A stretch of 64,000 nt of DNA from an uncultured Bifidobacteriaceae bacterium (lineage in GTDB: Bacteria > Acidobacteriota > Vicinamibacteria > Vicinamibacterales > UBA2999). Each line of letters begins with the position of its first letter. Within the stretch, counting starts at the first letter, position 1. The position numbers and the translations under genes were made by a program. This document shows, one piece after another, positions 55,200-63,615 of this stretch. The DNA lies in assembly GCA_964535675.1 (NCBI GenBank), contig CAZHTD010000001.1, positions 69,700 to 133,699 of the forward strand, in the 5' to 3' direction. The notes below the pieces were generated by a model. The model saw only the letters and a list, made by a program, of their open reading frames with translations, was not told the DNA's origin and searched no databases.

Positions 55200-55949
55200 G
55201 TGAAGATCGCCACCTGGAACGTCAACGGGGTTCGCGCGCGGCAGGCAGAGGTGCAGGCGCTTGCCGAGCGCGAGCAGCCCGACGTGCTGTGCCTGCAGGA
55301 GATCAAGGCCGCCCCCGACCAGCTGCCGGTCTGGCTGGCGAACCTTGACGGCTACTGGTGCCACTGGCATGGGGAGAAGGGCTACTCGGGCGTCGGCGTG
55401 CTGGCCCGGCGGGCCACTTGCCCCGAGCCGCCGACGTTCGGGTACCCCACGTTCGACTTCGAGCACCGCGCGGCGTACGTCGAGTTGCCAGGTGCGACCG
55501 TCGCCGCACTCTACGTGCCAAACGGCGGTAAGGACTTCGACGCAAAGATGCGCTTCCTCCGTGCAGTCGACGCGTACGCCGCCGACACCCAGCGTGCGGA
55601 CCGGCCGCTCGTCCTGTGCGGCGACTTCAACGTCGCGCGCACCGACATGGACGTGCACCCGAAGGAGCGCAAGCCCGGCGCGCTCGGCCAGCGCCCCGAC
55701 GAGCGTGAGCTCTTCGAGCAGTTGATTGGCCGCGGCCTTGTCGACGTCAACCGGCGGCTCGAGCCGGACAACGACGAGCTGTTCACGTGGTGGGCGCCGT
55801 GGCGCAACCTGCGCCAGCGTAACATCGGCTGGCGTATCGACTACGTGCTGGCCAGCGAGGCGCTGGCGGCGCGCACCGTATCGTGCCGCGCGGAGCGCGA
55901 AACCGGCACGAGTGATCACGGACCCGTCATCGCCGAGTTCGACCTGTAG
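55200..55949 (+). CDS. xthA: exodeoxyribonuclease III
   Basis: MKIATWNVNG, LCLQEIK, C-terminal SDHGPV. Confidence 0.9.
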   Translation: MKIATWNVNGVRARQAEVQALAEREQPDVLCLQEIKAAPDQLPVWLANLDGYWCHWHGEKGYSGVGVLARRATCPEPPTFGYPTFDFEHRAAYVELPGATVAALYVPNGGKDFDAKMRFLRAVDAYAADTQRADRPLVLCGDFNVARTDMDVHPKERKPGALGQRPDERELFEQLIGRGLVDVNRRLEPDNDELFTWWAPWRNLRQRNIGWRIDYVLASEALAARTVSCRAERETGTSDHGPVIAEFDL

Positions 55950-57009
55950 CGGGCGCGTCGGCGGCCGACCACGCGCGGGCGAGGGCCTCGCGCGAGGCTT
56001 GGTGGCACAGCCGGAGGTCCGTTAGGCGGACAGCCTCGATCAGCCACGGCGTGCCCAACGCCGCGGCACCCTCCTGGACAAGCCGTCCGGCCTCGGCCCG
56101 CAGCACCGCCAGCGTCGCATCGAGCGACCGCACGATCGTGCGGACGCCGCGTCCCTGATAGGCGCACCAGCTGGCGAAGGCGTGCGCCGCCAGGAAACGG
56201 CGAATGGGCGGCTGCAGCTCCGGGGCGTCGAGCTCCGGCGGGGGGGCGGACGGCTCGGGCGGGCGCAGGTCGTCGGGGATCGCGGCACGCGCCTCGGCGT
56301 ACAGCAGTTCAGGGTCCGGCGCGGCCGGGCCAGTGTCTAGCGTCAACGTCGCCACCGCCAACGCCAGCGGGCCTACGTCCGGACGCCATTGCGCAAGCGT
56401 CGCGGCATCGGCGCGCAGTGCGTCGAGCGCGGCCGCGGCCGCGCCCGGGGTTGCGAGGCGCCCCACCATGTGCGTCTCCCACGCAGCGTACCCCTCGAAG
56501 TCCATCAGTACGTCTGGCCTCAACAAGGGCGGCAGCTCACCCGAGGCATCCAGCCCCTCGTAGTCCGCATCGGGAAAGGCCGGGGGGTCTTGGCGGATGA
56601 CGAGGGGAACGTCATCCCACAGCACGGCGGCCGCCGTCGGGCAGAAGTGCGACAGTGTGATGAAGGTGCCGCGCGGGTCGCGGAGTGCGATGCGCGGGAA
56701 CTGCCGACAAGCCACGGGCAGCGCCCCGGACCCTTGAGCGGAATGCACGCGACAGAGACGCGTTGTCCCGTCGTAGAACAAGCAGGCGCCGTCGGTCGCC
56801 CTGCCGAGCATGGCCGCCGCCCCCTCTGGGAGCCCCGCCCCCTCAAGCAGCGCGCCCTCTGGCAGCGCCAGCCGGCCGGCGGCGCCGGCCGCGCGGATGC
56901 GGGCCAGCGGTGCTGGCTCCACCGGCACGTCCCAGCCCGCCCGGCAACAGACACCAGTCTGCCGGCACCGGTAGTCCGTGTGCATGGCGAGCGCGTACAC
57001 CCTGCCCAT
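55927..57009 (-). CDS. Cys-rich YkgJ/FliB-like (UPF0153, CxxCxxCC-type) protein
   Basis: YRCRQTGVCCRAGW, CLFYDG...LCRVH and ACRQFPR cysteine motifs. Confidence 0.45.
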   Translation of the reverse strand: MGRVYALAMHTDYRCRQTGVCCRAGWDVPVEPAPLARIRAAGAAGRLALPEGALLEGAGLPEGAAAMLGRATDGACLFYDGTTRLCRVHSAQGSGALPVACRQFPRIALRDPRGTFITLSHFCPTAAAVLWDDVPLVIRQDPPAFPDADYEGLDASGELPPLLRPDVLMDFEGYAAWETHMVGRLATPGAAAAALDALRADAATLAQWRPDVGPLALAVATLTLDTGPAAPDPELLYAEARAAIPDDLRPPEPSAPPPELDAPELQPPIRRFLAAHAFASWCAYQGRGVRTIVRSLDATLAVLRAEAGRLVQEGAAALGTPWLIEAVRLTDLRLCHQASREALARAWSAADAPATGRTRR

Positions 57010-57120
57010 GGGGGAGGTACAGAAGTATTACATTCGCGATTCTGGTGACCTGCTATCGTTCCACAGTTTGTGTCGGCCCCCGACGGGCCGGTCCGTATAC
57101 CCCGATGAGCGTTAGACGAG

Positions 57121-57999
57121 ATGGCAGCATCTGCGATCATGTTCGGCCGCAAGTACCAAAAGGGCATCAACTGGCTCACGACCATCGTGTTCGGCCTCTA
57201 TCACGTGGCCGCCGTTGCCGCGCTCTTCTACATCGATTTCGGGGCCATCCTGTCAGCCATCATCCTCTGGTGGGTGGCCGGGTCGCTCGGCATCGGCATG
57301 GGCTACCACCGGCTGCTCACGCACCGCGGCTACAAGACGCCTAAGGCAGTGGAGTACTTCCTCACCCTTTGTGGCACACTGGCGCTTGAGGGTGGCCCCA
57401 TCTTCTGGGTGGCCACCCACCGCGTGCATCATCAGCGGTCCGACCAGGAGGGCGACCCGCACTCGCCGCGCGAGGGCGGCTGGTGGGCGCACATGGGATG
57501 GATCCTCACCGGCGGCGGCCTGCACAACGACAAGGCCCTGCTCTCGAAGTACGCGCCCGACCTCTGCCGTGACGCCTTCCACCGACAGCTGTCGACCTGG
57601 CACTGGGTGCCCAACGTCATCGTCGGCCTCGGGCTGCTCGTCTTCGGCGGGCTGCCGTACGTGCTGTGGGGCGTCGCCTTCCGCACCGCGTGGGGTTTGC
57701 ACGCGACGTGGCTGGTCAATTCAGCGACGCACATGTGGGGCTCACGCACGTTCAAGACCCGTGACACCTCCACCAACAACTGGTGGGTGGCGCTGCTCAC
57801 CTTCGGCGAGGGCTGGCACAACAACCACCACGCGCACCCGGTCTCAGTGCGCCACGGCCTGCGCTGGTATCAGCTCGACGTGAACTGGATCGGCATCAGC
57901 GTGCTGCGGAGGCTCGGCCTGGCGTGGGACGTCAAGGTCGCCAAGATTGCCGAGCCGGCGACCGAAGACACCGTCATGCCCGACGAGGCCGTCGCCTAG
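57121..57999 (+). CDS. acyl-CoA/acyl-lipid delta-9-type fatty acid desaturase
   Basis: Three histidine boxes: HRLLTHR, HRVHHQRSD, GEGWHNNHHAHP. Confidence 0.9.
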   Translation: MAASAIMFGRKYQKGINWLTTIVFGLYHVAAVAALFYIDFGAILSAIILWWVAGSLGIGMGYHRLLTHRGYKTPKAVEYFLTLCGTLALEGGPIFWVATHRVHHQRSDQEGDPHSPREGGWWAHMGWILTGGGLHNDKALLSKYAPDLCRDAFHRQLSTWHWVPNVIVGLGLLVFGGLPYVLWGVAFRTAWGLHATWLVNSATHMWGSRTFKTRDTSTNNWWVALLTFGEGWHNNHHAHPVSVRHGLRWYQLDVNWIGISVLRRLGLAWDVKVAKIAEPATEDTVMPDEAVA

Positions 58000-58047
58000 C
58001 GAGGCGGCCGGGGCGCAACGCTTCCCCACGCCCTTACAATCGACAGC

Positions 58048-58986
58048 GTGACCGGACGACAGAAGGCCATCGCTTTCTTCGTGGCGCTGTGCGTCCTGCT
58101 GGTGGCGGCCACCGTGTCGCTGAACATCGGCTGGATTGTCATCAACGCCCGCCAGCTGACGCCGCTGCTGCTCGGCATGGCGCTCTTTGCGCTGATCATC
58201 GCCGGGCTGATCATCTACACGGTCTTCCTCGTGCTCGAGATCAAGCGCAACGAGGAGCACGACAGCTTCATCAACGCCGTCACGCACGAGCTGAAGACTC
58301 CGCTCGCCTCAATCCGCCTCTACCTGCAAACACTGCAATCCCGCGCGGTCACCGACGAGCAGCGCAAGACCTTCTACGACATCATGCTGGCCGACACCGA
58401 CCGGCTGCACCAAACGGTGGACCAGGTGCTGCGCGCGGGTGCGGCCGCCCAGAAACCGCGTCACCAGGTGCGGACAAGCGTCGACCTGTCCGAGATCACG
58501 CGCGAGTCGGTCGAACTGGCGCGTGTGCGGCACCACCTCGAGCCCGGCACTGTCGCGCTTGAGACGCGTGACCAGCCGCTGACGGTGCAGGGCGACGCGG
58601 ACGAGCTGCGGGCGCTGCTGGCCAACCTGCTCGACAACGCGGTCAAGTACTCCGGCGACACCGTGGAGATCACCGTCTCGGTGGCGGTGCCGAGCCCGGA
58701 CTTGGCGTGGGTGCGGGTGCATGACCGTGGCATCGGCATCCCACCGCGCCAGCTCAAGCGGATCTTCAATCGGTTCTACCGTGTGCAGATGCGCGCCCGC
58801 GCGTCGGTAAAGGGCACCGGCCTCGGCCTCTACATCGTGCAGAAGATCGCACGGGCCCACGGCGGGCGCGTGTTCGCCCACAGTGAAGGCGAGGGCCGCG
58901 GGGCCACTTTCACGTTGGAGCTGCCACGGCTCGCGCCAGAGCCCGTGGCGGCGGCGCTCGGCACCGACCGCGTCGCGCAGTCATGA
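58048..58986 (+). CDS. two-TM sensor histidine kinase without an extracytoplasmic or HAMP domain
   Basis: Two N-terminal TM helices run directly into the H-box FINAVTHELKTPL; N box LLDNAVKYS, G boxes DRGIGI and GTGLGL. Confidence 0.85.
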   Translation: MTGRQKAIAFFVALCVLLVAATVSLNIGWIVINARQLTPLLLGMALFALIIAGLIIYTVFLVLEIKRNEEHDSFINAVTHELKTPLASIRLYLQTLQSRAVTDEQRKTFYDIMLADTDRLHQTVDQVLRAGAAAQKPRHQVRTSVDLSEITRESVELARVRHHLEPGTVALETRDQPLTVQGDADELRALLANLLDNAVKYSGDTVEITVSVAVPSPDLAWVRVHDRGIGIPPRQLKRIFNRFYRVQMRARASVKGTGLGLYIVQKIARAHGGRVFAHSEGEGRGATFTLELPRLAPEPVAAALGTDRVAQS

Positions 58987-59711
58987 GTCGCATCCTCGTC
59001 GTCGAGGACGAAGAGCACATCGCCGACGGCCTGCGCTTCAACTTGGAGGCCGAGGGGCACATCGTGGAAATGGTCGCCACGGGCGAGGACGCGCTCGCCC
59101 GACTCGCGGGCACGGGCGAACCGGTGGACCTGCTGGTGCTGGACGTGATGCTGCCGGGGTGCGACGGGTTCGCGGTGGCAAGCGAGCTGCGCGGCGGCGG
59201 CGTTCTGCTGCCGATCCTGATGCTCACGGCACGCGGGCGTGACGTCGACGTGCTGCGCGGGTTCGAGGCCGGCGCCGACGACTACCTACCGAAACCCTTC
59301 GAACTGAACATCCTGCTGGCGCGCATCCACGGGCTGCTGCGGCGTAGCCGGTGGAACGTGTCGGCCGCCTCCGCCGACGCAGCGCGTCCGGACGGGGAGG
59401 AGCCGGAGGTGTTTACGTTCGCCGGCCGCACCATTGACTTCTCGGCGATGGAGCTCCGTGTCGACTCGCGCACCTTCCGGTTGACCCTCATGGAGTGCGA
59501 GTTGCTTCGCTACCTCGTGAGGCATGCGAGCCAGCCGGTCTCGCGACGCGCCATCCTGCAGGACGTCTGGGGCCTGGACGAAGGCACCGACACACGCGCC
59601 ATCGACAACTTCATCGTTCGGCTCCGGCGCTACATTGAGGAGCGGCCTGCGTCACCGCAGTTCCTCCAGACAGTACGCGGCGTCGGCTACCGTTTCGTGC
59701 CCGATGCGTAG
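58983..59711 (+). CDS. OmpR/PhoB-family response regulator
   Basis: REC domain (ILVVEDE, LLVLDVMLPGCDG, acceptor Asp) plus winged-helix output (TVRGVGYRF); 4-nt overlap with the kinase gene. Confidence 0.9.
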   Translation: MSRILVVEDEEHIADGLRFNLEAEGHIVEMVATGEDALARLAGTGEPVDLLVLDVMLPGCDGFAVASELRGGGVLLPILMLTARGRDVDVLRGFEAGADDYLPKPFELNILLARIHGLLRRSRWNVSAASADAARPDGEEPEVFTFAGRTIDFSAMELRVDSRTFRLTLMECELLRYLVRHASQPVSRRAILQDVWGLDEGTDTRAIDNFIVRLRRYIEERPASPQFLQTVRGVGYRFVPDA

Positions 59712-59732
59712 ACCCGGATAGAATCGGCGGTC

Positions 59733-60947
59733 ATGGCTGTCAGCGAAACCATCGAAGCCGAAGGCCACCTGATTGACTCGGGCCTCCTGACCGCGATCTT
59801 CGACAAGATCATCGAGTTCAAAGCGTCCTACGAGGTGCTGCGCTTCGACATCGGCCGCACCAACGACGACGTGTCACGCGTCGAGATGCGCATCAGCGCC
59901 GACAGCCAGGAGGTGCTCGACGAACTGCTGCCGCAGCTGACCACCTTCGGCGGGCACCCGCTTGAGCAGCGCGACGCGCTGCTCAAGCCGGCCGAGAAGG
60001 ACGCGTGCGTCCCCGACGACTTCTACTCGACCACCAACCACAAGACGCATGTTCGCGTTGGCGGCCGGTGGCTCGAGGTGACAGCGCAGCGCATGGACGC
60101 AACCATCGTGATCGCGGACGGCCGGGCGGCGTGCCGCAAGCTGCGCGACGTCAGAGCCGGCGAATCAATCGTGTGTGGGCACGATGGCATCCGGGTGACG
60201 CCTGAGTTCCGCGAGCGCGACCGACTGGGGTTTGCTTTCATGAGCAACGACGTGTCGTCGGAGCGCCGCGTCGAGGGCAGCGTGGCGCGCATCGCCGATA
60301 TGATGCGCGACGTTAAGGAGGCCGGGGGCCGCATTGCGGTGGTGGCCGGGCCCGTCGTCGTCCACACCGGCGGCGTCGAACACTTCTCGAAGATCATTCG
60401 CGCCGGCTACATCGATACCGTGCTCGCGGGCAACGCACTGGCCGTGCACGACATCGAGTACGCGCTCGCGGGCACCTCGCTCGGCATCGACCTGGTCGAG
60501 GGGGCGCCGGTCGAGCAGGGTCACCGCAACCACATGGCCGCGATCAACACCATCAACCGCGCGGGCGGCATCCGTCAGGCAGTCGAGACCGGCGTGCTGC
60601 GCTCCGGGATCATGTACGAGTGCGTGCGGCACGGCGTGGACTTCGTCCTCGCCGGCAGCATCCGCGACGACGGCCCGCTGCCTGACACGCTAATGGACCT
60701 GATCGAGGCGCAGGGGCGCTACGCGACGGCGCTGGCCGACAACGTCCATCTGGTGCTGATGCTCTCGTCGATGCTGCACAGCATCGGCGTGGGCAACATG
60801 CTGCCCTCGTGGGTGCGCGTCGTGTGCGTCGACATCAACCCCGCAGTAGTGACGAAGCTGAGCGATCGCGGCTCGAGCCAGACTGTGGGCCTAGTCACCG
60901 ATGTCGGCCTGTTCGTCCATCGGCTGGCGGAGCGGCTCTACGAGTAG
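59733..60947 (+). CDS. TIGR00300 / LOR-SDH conserved-domain protein (ornithine cyclodeaminase-like family)
   Basis: 404 aa; the N-terminal IEAEGHLIDSGLL..., mid VVAGPVVVHTGG and GNALAVHD pattern as I recall it for this family. Confidence 0.55.
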   Translation: MAVSETIEAEGHLIDSGLLTAIFDKIIEFKASYEVLRFDIGRTNDDVSRVEMRISADSQEVLDELLPQLTTFGGHPLEQRDALLKPAEKDACVPDDFYSTTNHKTHVRVGGRWLEVTAQRMDATIVIADGRAACRKLRDVRAGESIVCGHDGIRVTPEFRERDRLGFAFMSNDVSSERRVEGSVARIADMMRDVKEAGGRIAVVAGPVVVHTGGVEHFSKIIRAGYIDTVLAGNALAVHDIEYALAGTSLGIDLVEGAPVEQGHRNHMAAINTINRAGGIRQAVETGVLRSGIMYECVRHGVDFVLAGSIRDDGPLPDTLMDLIEAQGRYATALADNVHLVLMLSSMLHSIGVGNMLPSWVRVVCVDINPAVVTKLSDRGSSQTVGLVTDVGLFVHRLAERLYE

Positions 60948-60963
60948 GGTAAGATTTTTCATC

Positions 60964-61845
60964 ATGAGCAAGCGCATCCTGTTCTTTGTCCTGACGAATC
61001 TCGCGATTATCCTCACGCTGTCGATCGTGATGAGCCTGCTCGGCATCGGCGGCTACACGCTGCCGGGCGGGGGTCTCGACTACACGGGGCTGATGGTCTT
61101 CTGCCTGATCTGGGGCATGGGCGGATCGTTCATCTCGCTCCAGATGTCGCGGTGGATCGCCAAACGCGCCACCGGCGTGCACTTGGTCGACGGCCGCACC
61201 GGCCGTCGCGAGTTGGACTGGCTGTACCGGACGGTCGAGCGGCTTACGAAGAAGGCAGACCTGCCGATGCCCGAGGTCGGCATCTACAACTCAGCCGAGG
61301 TCAATGCGTTCGCCACCGGGCCGAGCAAGGCGCGCAGCCTTGTCGCCGTCTCATCGGGGCTGCTCAACAAGATGACCCCCGACGAGGTGGAGGGGGTGCT
61401 CGCGCACGAGGTGGCCCACATCGCCAATGGCGATATGGTCACGATGACCCTCATCCAGGGCGTGGTAAACACGTTCGTGATCTTCTTCGCCAAGATCGCG
61501 GCGTTCGCCGTCCGCCAAGCCATGGACTCGCGCAGCTCGTGGATGGTGAGCTTCGTCGTGGAGATCGTGCTCTACATCGTGCTCGGCTTCCTCGGTGCGA
61601 TCATCACTGGGTGGTTCTCGCGACAGCGGGAGTTCCGCGCCGACCATGGCGGCGCGCAGCTGGCCGGACGCGATCGGATGATCGGCGCGCTCAAGCGCTT
61701 GGCCGGCACGCAGGACCTGATCGACACGCACCAGGAGGCGCTGGCCACGCTGAAGATCAGCGACAAGCGCGCGTGGGTGGCGCTGTTTTCGACGCACCCA
61801 CCGCTCGAGCGCCGGATTGAGGCCCTTGAGCGCGCGTCGCTCTAG
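60964..61845 (+). CDS. htpX: zinc metalloprotease HtpX
   Basis: HEVAHIANGD zinc motif, four TM segments, C-terminal STHPPLERRI. The ATG at 60964 avoids overlapping the upstream gene. Confidence 0.9.
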   Translation: MSKRILFFVLTNLAIILTLSIVMSLLGIGGYTLPGGGLDYTGLMVFCLIWGMGGSFISLQMSRWIAKRATGVHLVDGRTGRRELDWLYRTVERLTKKADLPMPEVGIYNSAEVNAFATGPSKARSLVAVSSGLLNKMTPDEVEGVLAHEVAHIANGDMVTMTLIQGVVNTFVIFFAKIAAFAVRQAMDSRSSWMVSFVVEIVLYIVLGFLGAIITGWFSRQREFRADHGGAQLAGRDRMIGALKRLAGTQDLIDTHQEALATLKISDKRAWVALFSTHPPLERRIEALERASL

Positions 61846-61850
61846 CCCGG

Positions 61851-62705
61851 GTGCCGCACACCACACTCATCACCCCCGAGGCGCTCGCCCGGGACCGCGA
61901 GGCCTCGTGGGTGGTGGTCGATTGCCGCTACGACCTCAAGGCCGTGGCCCGCGGCCAAGCGGAGTTCCTAACCGCGCACATCCCGGGCGCAGTCTATGCC
62001 AGCCTCTCACACGACCTCGCCGCCACGTCCTCCGATACCAGCGGCCGTCACCCGCTGCCAACGCCCATCGTGCTTCGTGCGACGTTCGGCCGCCTCGGCA
62101 TCGGCGGCGGCGTGCAGGTGGTGACCTACGACCAGGACAGTGGCGTGTTCGCCGCGCGCCTGTGGTGGATGCTGCGCTACATGGGCCACGACGCAGTGGC
62201 GGTGCTCGACGGCGGGATGGCCCGATGGACCCGCGAATCCCGACCTGTGGAGGCCGGCGACGTGGCCCCGGTCTCGGCGGTCTTTACCGGCGAACCGCGC
62301 ACTGCCTGGCTCCGCAGCGTGCGCGACGTCGAGGCCGGGCTCGGCAATCCGTCGACGCTGCTCGTCGATGCACGGTCGCCGGACCGGTTCGCGGGCGAGC
62401 ACGAGACGATCGACCGGGTGGGGGGCCACATTCCCGGGGCCGTCAACCACCACTACCAGACGAACGTGGCGGGCGACGGTACATTCCAGCCTGCGGAGGT
62501 GCTTCGGGCGCAGTTCGCCGAGACGCTGCGCGGCCGAGCGCCGGGAGAGGTGATCTGCTACTGCGGCTCGGGCGTCACCGCGTGCCACAACCTGCTGGCC
62601 ATGGCGCGGGCCGGCCTTGAGGGCGCGTCGCTGTTCGTGGGATCGTGGTCGAAGTGGTCGAGCGACCCGGCCCGGCCGACGGAAACCGGACCGGCGCAAC
62701 GCTGA
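61851..62705 (+). CDS. sseA: 3-mercaptopyruvate sulfurtransferase (tandem rhodanese)
   Basis: Two rhodanese domains; active-site loop CYCGSGVTAC (CGSGVTA type). Confidence 0.85.
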   Translation: MPHTTLITPEALARDREASWVVVDCRYDLKAVARGQAEFLTAHIPGAVYASLSHDLAATSSDTSGRHPLPTPIVLRATFGRLGIGGGVQVVTYDQDSGVFAARLWWMLRYMGHDAVAVLDGGMARWTRESRPVEAGDVAPVSAVFTGEPRTAWLRSVRDVEAGLGNPSTLLVDARSPDRFAGEHETIDRVGGHIPGAVNHHYQTNVAGDGTFQPAEVLRAQFAETLRGRAPGEVICYCGSGVTACHNLLAMARAGLEGASLFVGSWSKWSSDPARPTETGPAQR

Positions 62706-62709
62706 CGCT

Positions 62710-63135
62710 TCAGGCCGGCGCCAAGACCGCCGTGAAGATCTCCTGGTTGGGCGCGGCGTGCTGCTGGTTCTGGCGGATCCGCGAATACGGCAACGCGACG
62801 AGCATGCTCGCGCCATCCTTCGGCTCGGAGAACAGCTCGACCGTTACATCGGCCGTGGCGGTGCCCACCTGACGGACCGCCTCCTCGGACACAAACCCAA
62901 GCAGGTACGTCTCGCCGTCGAAGCGCTTCTGGGTCTCGTAGTTGCGGAACCGGCGCGTCGCAAACAGCGGCGCGCTCTCCAGGCCCGGCGAGTACGTGAA
63001 CCCGTAGACGCCGTCGGGCAACCCGTCGACACCCGTGCCCTCTTCCTCGCTAGTGACCACGCGAAGCTTGTGCGTTTCGCGCAGCGCCTGCTGCTCGGGC
63101 GTGGTGGCGGTCTCGATAAAGACGACTCGGCCCAT
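62710..63135 (-). CDS. hypothetical protein
   Basis: 141-aa ORF with protein-like composition; no family recognised. Confidence 0.4.
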   Translation of the reverse strand: MGRVVFIETATTPEQQALRETHKLRVVTSEEEGTGVDGLPDGVYGFTYSPGLESAPLFATRRFRNYETQKRFDGETYLLGFVSEEAVRQVGTATADVTVELFSEPKDGASMLVALPYSRIRQNQQHAAPNQEIFTAVLAPA

Positions 63136-63227
63136 GGCTGGTCCAATTATCGCATGCCGCCGCCTGCACGCACATCGGCGCTACACTGACCGCAAGCCAT
63201 GGTCCCGTCCCCCGTGTTCCTGTCTGT

Positions 63228-63593
63228 TTGCGTCCTCGTGGCCACGCTGGGACACAATTCTCCCCTGCGGCCGTGTGGCTCACGGCAGCTTCGCATGGGC
63301 ACGAGCCGATGGGGCACACTGCGGAAGAGTGCACGTGCGAGGCCGGTGAGCACGATCCGATGTGCCCCATGCACAAGCACCTTGCGGGCGGCCACCACGG
63401 GATCGGCGCCGGCGACGGAAGCTGCCACATTCGCGTGGTCACGCAGCCAGCGGTGCCCTGGGTAGGCCTGATCGCCGTGCCGAAACCGAGGTACACATTC
63501 CGAGTGCCGGCACGCACGCAGCATGGACCAGCCACCACGGCGTACACAGTCGTCATCTTTCTCTCCGCCGACACCCCTCCTCCACGCAGCTGA
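63228..63593 (+). CDS. hypothetical His/Cys-rich protein (possible metal-binding; frame uncertain)
   Basis: HGHEPMGHTAEECTCEAGEHDPMCPMHKHLAGGHHG cluster. A signal-peptide-like start (MVPSPVFLSVCVLVATLG) lies in a different frame at 63199, so a frameshift is possible. Confidence 0.3.
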   Translation: MRPRGHAGTQFSPAAVWLTAASHGHEPMGHTAEECTCEAGEHDPMCPMHKHLAGGHHGIGAGDGSCHIRVVTQPAVPWVGLIAVPKPRYTFRVPARTQHGPATTAYTVVIFLSADTPPPRS

Positions 63594-63615
63594 GCAGTCT
63601 CGCGCTCGGTGATTC

